Part shown: positions 38,795 through 51,525 of the stretch, piece by piece
Position numbering within the stretch: the stretch's first letter is position 1
How the letters are laid out: each line of letters opens with the position of its first letter
DNA from: Psammoneis japonica
Taxonomy: Eukaryota
Reading direction: 5' to 3'
Length of the DNA stretch: 64,000 bases
Assembly (NCBI GenBank): GCA_008632985.1
Contig: QPGO01000033.1
Coordinates: forward strand, 558,001-622,000
The notes under the pieces: model-generated
Told to the model about the DNA's origin: nothing
The model's input: only the letters and a program-made list of their open reading frames with translations
Databases searched by the model: none
Made by a program: the position numbers and the translations under genes

Positions 38795-41262
38795 CTTTGT
38801 GATTTTGCACCCTTTGTCATTTTGCACCCTTTGCCACCATTTTGCACCCTTTGTGATTTTGTGCCCTTTGCCGCCATTTTGCACCCTTTGTGATTTTGCG
38901 CCCTTGACGCGTCCAGCCCTGGGTGGGAGCTCGCAGTGCTGACGTGTGACAACAATGATTTTTGTCATCCGTCGCATGTTTCGTGCGCAGATTTCCACGT
39001 GTGACATTTAAAAAAAATGTCCAGACTCGCTGTTTTGCGAAGCCCCAGACGTTTTGCACAACAAATTTACAGAAACAACAATGTGCCAGTTGCATTCTTC
39101 AATGTCTGAAGAATGTAACTGGCTGAGTAAAAAATGATGTGCTTCAATCATGTGCGAGTTTGTGCGTTCACAAAATTGCCTCATTTTCTGTTGGCGATCA
39201 TTGACGCTTTAATTGCCGCATGATTTTGCTGCGGAGCTCGCACGTAGAAGTCTGTGGGCCCAATGTCACACGGATTCCCACCTGCGTCTGGAATGCATCC
39301 CTTGGCCATTTTGCGCCCTTTGTGATTTTGCACCCTTTGCCGCCATTTTGAGCCCTTTGTGATTTTGCACCCTTTGTGATTTTGAGCCCTTTGCGACTTT
39401 GGGCCCTTGGCCATTTTGCACCCTTTGTGATTTTGCACCCTTTGCCGCCATTTTGCGACATTTGTGATTTTGCACCCTTGCCGCCCTTGACCATTTTGCG
39501 CCCTTGGCAATTTTGCTCCCTTTGTGATTTTGTGCCCTTGGCCATTTTGCACCCTTTGCGACTTTGTGCCCTTGGCCATTTTGCGCCCTTTGTGATTTTG
39601 CACCCTTTGTGATTTTGCGCCCTTTGCCGCCATTTTGCACCCTTTGCTGCCATTTTGCACCCTTTGAGATTTTGCACCCTTTGCCGCCATTTTGCACCCT
39701 TTGTGATTTTGCACCCTTTGTGATTTTGCACCCTTGGCCACTTTGCACCCTTTGTGATTTTGAGCCCTTTGTGATTTTGAGCCCTTGGCCATTTTGCACC
39801 CTTTGTGATTTTGCACCCCTTGCCGCCATTTTGCACCCTTTGTGATTTTGCACCCTTGGTCATTTTGCACCCTCAGTCATTTTGAGCCCTTTGCGACTTT
39901 GCGCCCTTGGCCATTTTGCACCCTTTGTGATTTTGCACCCTTTGCCGCCATTTTGCACCCTTTGTGATTTTGTGCCCTTTGCAGCCATTTTGCACCCTTT
40001 GTGATTTTGCACCCTTTGCCACCATTTTGCGCCCTTTGTGATTTTGCACCCTTTGTGATTTTGAGCCCTTTGTGACTTTGGGCCCTTGGCCATTTTGCAC
40101 CCTTTGTGATTTTGCACCCTTTGCCTCCATTTTGCGCCCTTTGTGATTTTGCGCCCTTGCCGCCCTTGACCATTTTGCGCCCTTGGCAATTTTGCTCCCT
40201 TTGTGATTTTGTGCCCTTGGCCATTTTGCCCCCTTTGCGACTTTGTGCCCTTGGCATTTTGCGCCCTTTGTGATTTTGCACCCTTTGTGATTTTGCGCCC
40301 TTTGCCGCCATTTTGCACCCTTTGCTGCCATTTTGCACCCTTTGAGATTTTGCACCCTTTGCCGCCATTTTGCACCCTTTGTGATTTTGCACCCTTTGTG
40401 ATTTTGCACCCTTGGCCACTTTGCACCCTTTGTGATTTTGAGCCCTTTGTGATTTTGAGCCCTTGGCCATTTTGCACCCTTTGTGATTTTGCACCCCTTG
40501 CCGCCATTTTGCACCCTTTGTGATTTTGCACCCTTGGTCATTTTGCACCCTCAGTCATTTTGAGCCCTTTGCGACTTTGCGCCCTTGGCCATTTTGCACC
40601 CTTTGTGATTTTGCACCCTTTGCCGCCATTTTGCACCCTTTGTGATTTTGTGCCCTTTGCAGCCATTTTGCACCCTTTGTGATTTTGCACCCTTTGCCGC
40701 CATTTTGCGCCCTTTGTGACATTGTGCCCTTGGCCATTTTGCGCCCTTTGTGATTTTGCACCCTTTGCCGCCATTTTGGGCCCTTTGAGATTTTGCGCCC
40801 TTTGTGATTTTGCACCCTTGGCCATTTTGCGCCCTTGGCCATTTTGCTCCCTTTGTGATTTTGTGCCCTTTGTGATTTTGTGCCATTTGCCGCCACTTTG
40901 CACCCTTTGTGATTTTGTGCCCTTGGCCATTTTGCAACCTTTGTGATTTTGCACCCTTTGCCGCCATTTTCCGCCCTTTGTGATTTTGCACCCTTGGCCA
41001 TTTTGCACCCTTTGTGATTTTGCGCCCTTTGCCGTCATTTTGCGCCCTTTGTGATTTTGCACCCTTTGCTGCCATTTTGCTCCCTTTGTGATTTTGCGCC
41101 CTTGGCCATTTTGCGCCCTTTGTGATTTTGCACCCTTGGCCATTTTGTGCCCTTGGCAATTTTGCTCCCTTTGTGATTTTGTGCCCTTTGCGATTTTGCG
41201 CCCTTGGCCATTTTGCTCCCTTTGTGATTTTGCACACTTTGCGATTTTGCGCCCTTTGTGCC
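38795..41262. repeat. Minisatellite 2: 17/20-bp units (TGATTTTGCACCCTTTG, CCATTTTGCACCCTTGG, CCGCCATTTTGCACCCTTTG) with a 678-bp higher-order duplication; interrupted by a MITE
   Basis: Visible array; the marker cattttgcaccctcagtcattttgag occurs at 39861 and 40539. Confidence 0.95.
38906..39299 (-). mobile_element. MITE (394 bp), ~24-bp imperfect TIR, TSD CCTT
   Basis: cctt|gacgcgtccagccctgggtggga ... tcccacctgcgtctggaatgcatc|cctt; removing it restores a satellite unit. Confidence 0.9.
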
Positions 41263-42993
41263 CTGAGCTCAAGGGCATCAACGCCTTTGTCGGAAGGCCC
41301 GCCAGTTTTCTTGAGCTCCAACTCAACTTCGGCCAATGCCCTTTTGACACAAAGGTCAGAGGACATGGCCCAGCATGTCTTGCCATCCAAGTCAGACAAC
41401 TGGCACTTTCTGATCTGGGCGCCCAAGCACTCTTCCGGCTCGCAGACACTTCCGTCCTTGAGCCCGTGCCTGGAGCTCACATGATCCACAGCCTTCTGAG
41501 GTTCATGGGAGATGCACAACAAGTCATCCATGCACACAAGCACATGTTCCCAGTGCTTGAAGCCACCCAGCTTGACCGCAGCTCACATCCAGACATCCGG
41601 GTCAGCCTTGCAAGACTCGAACCCAGCATCACGCAAGGTGGCTGCCATGTGTTCCCTGAGTCTCGCACCTGAAGACTTGAGACCACACAAGGCTCAGACA
41701 ACAATTGCCGGCCTTCCTTCGTTGTGCTTCCCAAATTCCAGGCCAGCAGCAGTGCAACACTTCTCTTCAGTGTGTGCGTTCGGTTCACCAGCTGCCTTGT
41801 TTGCTGCAGCACACTCAGCAACCTCGACTGGGTCAGATTCCTTCAAATCCTTGAGGGGAACCCAGGATGCAGTCCTGTCCTTCCATTTGACTTGCAGGTC
41901 CCAGCCTGCAGTCGTCCTCCCAGGAGCGTGCCTGCCAGCCTCAGTCGTCATGCACCCGTCATCAGCCGTTGCGGCACGGGCATCACATCGGCGGTCAACT
42001 GTCTCCTTCATGATCTGGCAGTCATTCCCTTCAGAGTCCATCTGAGCAAACAGGTTCTCTGCAATTGCGTCAGCGGCACAGGAAACAGTGGATCCATCAG
42101 GAAACTCCACATCGTGTGTCCTCGAGTCTGGGACAGGGTTGTCATTCCCAGCACCAATGGGAACCCTGTCATCATCTCATTTGCATGCAATGACCCCAGC
42201 ATGAGTCAGCTTGCCTCCACGTGGTGACATGACTTGAGCTGTGAGGTGTTCATCTGGCCCCTCCGGGGTGTGCTCATCAGCTTCTGGTTTGGAAGCATCG
42301 GGTTCCATGGGTTCAACAGCATTGCCCCATTCGTCCATGAAGTCATCAGGGAGTTCAGGGAAGTCAGCATTGGCGCCCTGTTCCGGGATGCCAAGTCATT
42401 CGATCAAGGCCTGATCGACTGACACAAGATCCGCTTTGATCGCCAGAGTTTCAAGGTCATCCTCCGACAAGGCCCACACATCTTTCCGAATGATGGGTCT
42501 GCCTGATTCGGGCAGGATGACAAATGCCATGTCGTCAGCGCAGTTGCAGTTGTCGGCTGCTCCAAGCCAACGGCCGATGCACTTCTTCTTGTGTGGGAAC
42601 TCTGCCACAGGCATGTGACAGCAGACAGGTTGACATCAATCAAAGAGAGAGAGCGATGAAATGTCAGGTGTTGAACCTGTCACCTCTTCTTCTGGGACTC
42701 GTCCTCCCATGTCCGATGTGCTGGCAGTCGCAATCATGCGTTGGACATCACATGTCCATTTGGCACTGTGGGACCAAAGTCGCCTGTGAGCGCCAGTCCG
42801 GCACAGAGTCACTCGGACTCTCTTCTTCAACTCATGGATGGATGCCTCGGCCAGGTTCTGCCAGGGGCTGTGCGGGGTGGACACCTCCTGGTGCATCCTG
42901 CATTCCTTGCAAATCTCCTTGGTCTGGCCTTCTGCCATTTCCGGTGCGCCATCCAACACAAGGACTTGCGGAATGCCAACGTCATGCACAAAT

Positions 42994-45900
42994 CGGCAGG
43001 GGAAGAAGCCTTCAGCTCGCAGGCAGTCGGCGAAGCGCTCGTGCCAGCGGAGACCGGAGCTGCGCAGTCCATGCAGTGCCTTGTGGATGACAAGGATGTG
43101 TCCTTCGAGTTTGCCGAACTCGGGTCCAGCTACAATGTAAAGCTTCTCCTTGGTGGTGGCTTCAAGGCAGGCATTGCCAATGTCGGTGGCCCATGTCTCC
43201 AACTCATTGAGTTCGGCCAGGAAAATCATCAGCCGAAGGCCACGGAGGGAGACTGCTCCGGAGCAGACACTGTCGACAGGTACGTCCGTGAGGTGCCCGT
43301 CGGCTACGAGTCGTGCCTTGTGGCGACCGTCGTGTTTCACGTCGTACACTGGGTGCACTCGGATCTTCTTGTGTCCCGCAGGAGGAGTGGAAGACTTGAA
43401 GGGCCCGCAGTCATGGAAGACTTCGTATTCGTCGAGTTGGTCCATCTCGAGATTAGTTGCGTCTCCCCACTTGCGGTTGCCGTTGCGTTCGTCTAGTGAC
43501 ATGGCGTGTTTGTAGTTCCGGGGAACTTCGCATCCACACTTGCAGCGAGGTGCAGTGCGGAAGGAGCGAAGCTTGGCTTGGTTGGCCATGCGAAACAGCT
43601 TCTTTTGGTGCCTCGCGATGGTGCGGAACCGCTTCCAGCCATCCGTGTCGAGGAGTCCGTTCTCTCGTGCATAGATGGCACAGGTGACGGGGTCGTCCTT
43701 GGCGATGATGGCAAGAGGCTCGGACGTGATCTCCCCACTTTCCCATTCAAGCATGATGTTGTAGCTGGAGCCTTTCCAGGTTGGGTCGTGAGGCTTCAGA
43801 GGTCCTTCGTGTGACATGATGCATCGAAATTTCCAAACAGTGGTGTCTTCGTCTTCTTGCTCAATGTGATTCATGATGTCATTGCAGGCAAGGACTTCCT
43901 CGCATTCGTCATTGTTGACAGAGCAGACGAACTTAGTGAGCTCGGGATTGCCGTTCACTTTCCATTCGTGGTCTTCGACGGCCTTGACGATGCAAGCTCT
44001 GTGGCGTTGTCCGTCCTCTTGTGGCTGCATGAGGAAGGTGCGTCCAATGATGTCTTGCGGATCGAAAACTGGCATCTTGGGTGTCCTGATCTCCCCATCA
44101 GGAGAGTCGACGGGTTGTCGTCATGGCGAGATTTGATGATGGGTTCAGGTGGCTCCCCATCAGGAGGATCAAGATGCAAGTTTCGAACGGCAGGATCGGG
44201 GGCAGCGGAGCGGACGTTGGACCGGCAGAGGATCTTCTGAGTCTCGTCAGATAGAATCTTGAAGGTCATCTGGTGGCCGACGTGCTCAGCAATGCCAACG
44301 AAGCGTCCACGCAACTCACGGGATTCGGACGGCCAATCGGAGTCATCGAGGTGGAAGCACACGGGTTCCCACCAGTGAAAGCGAAGCAATGGGCTGATGT
44401 CCGGGGTGGAGCCAGTGAGAGTCTCGAGGGGCGTGCGCCAGTGGAGACGTGGGGACGCTGTGTGGTTGAGCATGAAGCACACGTACATGAGCGCCAGCAG
44501 CCATGTGTGGGCGGGCGAACCAAAACGATCCATGACAGTGTTCGCCATGCGCTTCACGGTCTGGCATCAACGCTCGGCAAAGTTTTGGTGTTGCTGGTGA
44601 GCGGGGTTGGGTGATTTGCAGGCCTTGCGAAGGTGTGTACCGGCGGGCATGCGGGCGTACTGCGTGGTGCAGTCAAAAGTACGACGGACCGCATCGGCAG
44701 GTAGGAAGCCAAAGTAAGGCCGAAGAGACTCAAAGGGGGGGTCCTTGGGCTGTACAGTGCGCTCCGGAGGTGGAACGTCATCGCCCTGGGGGCCAATCGC
44801 ATGCAGATGACACTCGTAGAACACGTCGTCGTTCGGAATGAGGTGATCATCGAGGGCGGACGCGTGATCGGCAGACAAGGAAGCGGACATGATGGTCTCG
44901 TTGACAACGACACGATGACGGTAGTTGCCACATTCGTCAAACAGGTTGGCAGTGGGATCGTCCTGCAGGTCAGAGATCGCGTCGCACCACTGGTCGTCGT
45001 CAGTGACAGAGTGATCAAGGACGGAAGGGTCCCATGTGTCATCACCGGTGAGGATGACATGGGGCAGGGTGTCCCATTCGGCGTCAGTGTAAGGTCGCAT
45101 GGCAACATAAGGCAGGCCAGCCTTGATGTCAATGGGGATGACATAGACATCAGGAGTGGCAATACGCTGCAAGCCATTGGGCACCTTGACAGAGCGATCG
45201 TTGACATCCTGTTTGTACCATTCGAGCTGGCCGCAGGAATGGATGGTCTTGCCCTTGCCCGTGCATGCGCACTGATGGAGGATGGCGATGACGGGACCAC
45301 GCTGGGTCTCAATGACGGCACCAGCGGTGACAATGGGGATGTCTGCCAATTGATGATCGTCAATGCCCTGAACGTCGACTTGGCAAGAGGTGCGTGCAAT
45401 GACGCGAACGTCGTCACCAGCAATGCCGCCGTTGGCCCCACGATCGACTAGAGCGCCAGTGCGTGTGGAGCGATGAGCAGAGGCAGAGCAAATGACATTG
45501 TGGTTGTCAACGCGGCGGTGAGTGCGGCCATTAAGTTCTGTGTCATCTGCAGAAGCTGGCTGGGTAGAGGAAGCGGCGGATGGCCCCGGTCGACTGGCAT
45601 TGGGGGCTTGGTTAGGAGACAACAGACGTTGCAGATCACCGGGTGGCAGTGGCTTGCGTTTGGCGAGGTGCGCCAGGATGGGATTATCCGAAGTGGCGTC
45701 CACATGTGGAGCGGAGTCACCAGAGTCAGCAGGAGTCATGTTGGACAAGTTGACATCACCGTCACTCCCAAGGCGTTGGTCGTGAAGGTTGGCCGTAACA
45801 GACTCATGGCAGTCACTGGCTCGCGGGTTGCGGGGAGGTGGACGAGAATGCTCAAGGATGATCGCCTTGGAGGAATCGGGCAACGAATCCCAGAGCCGTT

Positions 45901-48353
45901 GGTGGTCGGGAGGGAGACGTCTCCATTGGACACTGGTGAGGCTGGGACCGCGGGTGCAGGCAGCATTGGCTTGAAGGACGTCAACGTCGCTGTCAATGTC
46001 GTAGAACACATCGTCGGACGGTTCCTCGGAGTAGACGTCGTGTGCGCACATGGCGCGTCGGGGAGCTCGAGGTGTCGTCTTGGGTTGAAACGTGCTGTTG
46101 TACTGAGCTGCCGCGGAGAGGAGCAAGCCACAGCATTGATCGTATGTGAGGCTCTTGCCACTCTGCGTACGATGCTGATCAGCTTGGTTCTTGACAGCAC
46201 GGAGTTCCTCGACAGGGTGCACGGCATTCTCGAGCATGACGCGCTTCTGTCCTTCAGAGAAGTGGTCACTGGCCGGGATGAGTGCCTCGTACTTGCGCAA
46301 CTGATCTTGCCAATGAAGGATGAACCCGTGGGTCGGACCTTTCCAAGTGCCATCACCAAGACGTGCGGTGGTGAGGCACGTGAGCAGGGTGGAGGACTCG
46401 ATGGATGCGCGGGTGGAGGCAAGCGCGCACTCAGACAAGGAGCGGCAGACGGTCTGTGCATCAGAAGACCCCACATTTTCGCGAATGGGAGCCTTGCCCT
46501 TGTCGGTGAGAAGGATGCGTTCGAAGACGGTGAACATGCACTTTTGCTGTTCAGCAAAGAGCAGCTTGTCTTCGGGGCTGGTCGGTTTGTACGACGAGTC
46601 TAGAATGCACTCGACGTCTTGGGCACGGGCTTGTGCCACAAGTGAGGTGTGCCAAGTGTGCCACTGCTTGTCGGATTTGAGAGCCGTGAAAGCGGTGGGA
46701 TCACGCTTGATGCCTCGCTTGAAGTCCCGCACCGGGTCGCGTGCCTTGGTCGGGTTGGTGACATGTGGAGGTGCAAGGGGTGAGCTGCCGATGGACACAC
46801 AAGACATGCAGTCGGGGCTGAGGCGGCAGGCAAGGAACTCGTCATGCGCGAACAAAGAGGAGTCATTGGCAACGTCAAGACCTTTGTGTGCTTTGACAAT
46901 GTGCAGACTGACTGGTGCTGCTAACATGTTCTTATAACCACGGGGCAAAGGGATCACATTAGTGCCGTTGTCGCACTCAAGCGAGTCGATTTGGGACGGT
47001 GTGAACGTGAACAGTTCCTGATGCGAGTCCGTGCCGTCTTGGGCCAAAGCCAAACGAAGAGGACTCCCAGCACCTTGGGCAAGCACGGTTCCAACCACGT
47101 GCTCGAAACCATCGGTTTGTTGCTGACGAGTGAGAACCATGGCAGACAAAAGTGGTGTCAGGACAATCAATTCTGGTTGGGAAGCGAAGGTAGACTCGAA
47201 ACTTGGGTGAGAACAGACTTGACTTGAAATGGACTTGACTTGAAATCTTGAACTGTCTTAAAATCAGAAGTCGCCGGGCTTTGTTATCCCGTTCGTTGTT
47301 GAGTGCTAAACTTCCTATCCGGTCCGTAGAGTTGTGCCGGCACGTCCGGACCCGCAGCCAGTGGCGCTTTGGGTTGCTTGCGAGCGGAGCAGCGGGTTGT
47401 AAACCCCTGCAGGTGAGCTGACCAGAGGTGGACAAGACCCCCGAACCGTTCTTATTTTACATCGGTTGGATTTCCCGATCAGGCTGGCCAGTTGACGCAG
47501 GCGTCAGGCGCTGTGGACGAACAAACAAACGCGGGAAAGCACCCTCGCCCCAACGCAGGCTGTGGTCACGGCTGCTTGCTCTCACAGTCGTCCTCGTGGA
47601 CCCAGCAGAACTGTAGAGCACCAGCAGTCCGGGGTAGATCAGGTACAATGGACTCGGTGTGCTTGTAGAGTGGTGGCAAAACCGCAGTCCGAAGAGTGGG
47701 TACAGGTTCTTGGCCGTGAAGATGTGCACACATACATGTCTTCAGCGACAAAGATCCTTGAATATGCAGGGTTCTTGACCGTTAACCGATGAATGGGTAT
47801 GTCAAGGGATGAGGATCAAGGATAGACTTGGACATGACCGTTGAATGTATGTCTTCAGCGATCAAAGGTAGCACAATCAATCCAGATATCCAGCGGTAAG
47901 GAGACTTGACGGTGACGTTAACTTCCTGCCGATGCCCTGGCATTGAATGCGCGTAGACTTGCCGATGCATGTAGAATGTATACGGAGGTCCACGTAGAAT
48001 TGAAATAGCGTCGTTGGTAAATCAACGACGACGATGGCGGTTGCTCAATGGGTTGACAATGAGCAAGACTGTTAATCTGACAGAAATTGAAGGCAAATGG
48101 CAAGAGTTCAAACAACAACTCCTTACTGCTGTCCAAATGGCAGATGAGTCTCCGCTCAGAGACCGTTGCAGGAGCCGAAAGACGTGCAAGTCGGCATGAT
48201 CGGGCTACTGTCATTGTTCTTGTGAGCCTTGTGGCTCGAAAGCAAACTACATCGCGCGTGAACGCGCGGAACTAAAGCACACAAAACTGTGCACGGTAAA
48301 CTAAACAGCGCGCGATGCTTCGCGCGCACCCAAATCCTGTTCAAATCCTGTCA
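42994..48353 (-). mobile_element. Younger copia element, here family C (CoDi-type): 5' LTR, gag-pol from ~47140, integrase core deleted, truncated within RT
   Basis: DFKRGIKRDP, protease LVDRGANGG, HQNFAER, VYDVKHDGRHKARLVADGH, DIGNACL, ALHGLRSSG. Starts TGACAGG on the minus strand exactly at the break in family A. Confidence 0.9.
47429..48353 (-). repeat. Putative 5' LTR of element C (inner boundary uncertain)
   Basis: TG at the outer end; a candidate CA end is followed after 4 nt by TGGTCAGCTCACC (PBS-like). No second LTR is available for confirmation. Confidence 0.45.
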
Positions 48354-48758
48354 GACATGATGGCATTCGGGTGGTCCTGTTTCTCTTCCAAGGATGGAGC
48401 CTGTCATGCCCTCCTCCGCTGGCAAATGCACTTCCTCCCATCTCGCCATGCATTGACCTGACCTTTGAAAACATCTGGTCAGAGCAGAAGTGTCCCTTGA
48501 CAGCAGGGAACTCAAGCCACGGGGCTTTCTTCCAGACTTTCCGCTCGGATGGCACGCCAACATTGCGGACCCCTGCCTGGGTTGTCACTCTGAGGGTGTT
48601 CTTGGTGGCCGTCACACCAATGTTCCACCTCTTGGAGAGCATCTCCGGGTGTGATGGTTGATGCACGACTTGAGGTCAACAGCGCATGCACCCATTTCCA
48701 CTTGGCACAATCCAGGTGGATGTCTGGGTTGCACCAGCCGTGCAGCCCGTCTTCCTCA

Positions 48759-49714
48759 GACGGGTTCCAGCCCCAGGTGGGACTTTTTGTGACATTGGGC
48801 CCACAGAATTCTGCGTGCGAGCTCCGCAGCAAAATCATTGGGCAGTGAACATGTGAATGATTGCCAACAGAAAAAAAGGCAACCCCGCAAACGCATCTCC
48901 TCCTCCACACTTGAAGCATGTGCTTTGCAGCATGCCCGGGTGTGTTCTTCAGACATTGAAGAACACACCCAGTGTGTGATGTGTTCCAGCCGCACGTGAA
49001 CCAAATCGTGCACAGAAAACGACATTTGCACGATTTTTGCGCGGTCCCTAACTTGCTGTCGAACTTTCACCACCAAAAGCATGGATTTGTCCAAATGCAA
49101 ATGTTTTGCAACACTGACAAGACTCGTGTGAGTGTTGCAACATCATTGTCATTGTGCTGTCTGTGTTTTTCATTGCGTTAAAAGATTCGTAACACAACGG
49201 ATGATTTTCGGCAAAAATGTTGCCATCATTTGGATGTCACCTGAACATGTCTTTCTGCTGTGCTGCTTGGCAGATTTTCTACCTGCAAAGAAATCTCAGC
49301 ATAAATCCACTGACGTACAATCAGTGTTGAGTCCACTGAGGAAGTTTGTGACACATGTCCCATGAGGACTTGAATGCCCCACAAAAAACTGTTTAAATGT
49401 TCATGCTCTAGACGCCTGTGAAAGCCAATCCGCTCAAGTGTTTTGTGTGAAAATGCTTCGTGCACTTAAAGACACATGATTTACACTCAAAATCGATTGT
49501 CGTTTTGTGCGTCACCTGGGACTGGAACACGTCGTGTTTTTGTTGACATGAGTGCAGACAACAGAAAGCCTTTGGCTTCGCAAAACAGGCGGTGTGGAAC
49601 AATTTTTTGTGACAGAGCATGCAGAAATGTGCACGCAAAACATGCGACGGATGACAAAAATCAAACATGTCACAGCTCAGCAGTGCAAGGTCCCACCCAG
49701 AGCTGGAGCACGTC
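48759..49714 (+). mobile_element. Longer member of the MITE family (956 bp), TSD CTCA
   Basis: ctca|gacgggttccagccccaggtggga ... tcccacccagagctggagcacgtc|ctca; the empty site is seen in A1 and A2. Confidence 0.9.
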
Positions 49715-49945
49715 CTCAATGTTGTTGTGGGAGATGTGCTCGCCTGAGCAACCAGGCAGTGATGCAGAGAATCGTTGTCATCAGTGTCCACAATGGCGTT
49801 CTCGTCATGATGAGATGTTTGGTGTGAATGAATTGAAGCGACACACCTGGTCGCATTCATCATCATCGCCTGTCCATCAGACTTCACTGACCCTTGGCGC
49901 ACACTGGCACATGCATGCGCTTCCTCCTTTTGCGCCATGGCATCA

Positions 49946-51525
49946 AAACCACAATTCTGCATTTAAAGTGCTGCTGCGCTTCCACCCTGCAACTCTGACA
50001 ACAAGCCAACCCACACCCCCAGTGCACCAACAGCGCGGCAGGAATGCATTGCGATTGGCCAAGATGGGCGTCACCAACAAATGATGATGCCCGCCAGGAA
50101 CAGTTGGGAGTGGTGTCACAGACAGCAACAGCAAATTAAAAACAAAACCAAAATTCTGTGTTTAAAGTGCTGCTGCGCTTCCACCCTGCAACTCCGGCAA
50201 CAAGCTGACCCACACCCCCAGCACACATGTGTGCGGCAGGAATGCATTGTGACCAGCCAAGATGGGCATCACCAACAAATGATGATGCCCGCTGGGAACA
50301 GTTGGGAGTGGTGTCACAGACAGCAACAGCAAATTGATTTGGAACCTTCAAAGCACTTGAAACCACAGCAATGGAGTGGCTCTTTGCTTCTGGCTGGATC
50401 TGATCATTCCACTGAAGCAAGCCGTGCTGGAACATTCCAAAGTGAGAAGGGATCTGAAACAGAGCAAACACCGCAAATTTCACAAACAGGGACCAAAACA
50501 TCACCAACCTCCGAGTTGGTCTCAAAATCAAACTTCTGGTGGCAGCAACAACAAAAAGGAGTTCACCACACAGAGCAAAGAACTTAAAAAGGCACTGAGG
50601 AAAGGGGGGGTCATTGGAGCTTGGCAGGTGCAGATGGAGAGCCGTCGGATGATTGGAAAACAGGCCATCAGAAAATGTTTTCATGACACGCAGAACTTGT
50701 GCTGAGTCTTGCACAGGAACTTGGCAGGAAGCATTGGCAAACAGGCAAAGATCCAAATCAAGCCGAGTTGATCTCGAATTCACACTTCTGGAAGCAGCAA
50801 AGATGGAAGGGTGTTCGCTGCACAAAGCAGAGAACTTAAAAGGACAGCAGGCACAGGGGGGGTCTTTGGAGCTTGGCAGGTGTGGACAGAGAGCAGTTGA
50901 GAGATTGGGAGATCGGCCATTTGAAAATGTTTCCTTGACGTGCAGAACTTGTGCCGAAACTTGTGTGGACTTGTCGGCACAAGGAAGGTTGGCCAACGCA
51001 CACTGAGCTGGTCTCTTCTTCAAACTTCTGAAAGGAACAATGACAGGAAGATGTTCGCCACATGACACAGGAAACTTGAATGGACAACAGAGAGAAGGGG
51101 GGTCGTTGACACTTGAGAGGCATGGAGAGAGAGCAGTCAGCAGTTTGACGAGTCGTTCATCTGAAATGACTTGCAGAACACACAGAATTTGCACTGAGAC
51201 CTGTGTGGAAACTTTGCAAGTGAGAACAAAAAATGTCAAGAAGAACGTCAAGCAATTGAGCCAAGAGAGCTGGATGCAATTCGTTTTCCACTGCATGAGA
51301 TTGTCGCTGATCATGGAACAATGGCATGTCGACAAAGGAGCGCATGTGGAAAAACATGCAGAGGGTGCAGCTGTGAAACAAAGGCAGAATTGTGGCCACA
51401 AGGAATGCATGGAATCGCACAAGAATCGATCATTGCCAACAATGCAAAGGCAGCCAATTGGTTGTCCTCGTGTCATGACTTCTTTTTTCTTTTTGTGGGA
51501 GCCGCGTTTTGGTTTGCATTCAGCA
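49946..51525. mobile_element. 1.58-kb insertion flanked by a 13-bp direct repeat, containing internal ~200-bp and ~240-bp tandem duplications
   Basis: cgccatggcatca at 49933-49945 and 51526-51538; single copy at the empty site in A1. Confidence 0.75.

Noticed and set aside
39181..41260. Repetitive KGAK/QNHKG ORFs as real proteins
   Set aside because: All three frames are open because a TpA-free satellite lacks stops; 17/20-bp units do not keep a reading frame.
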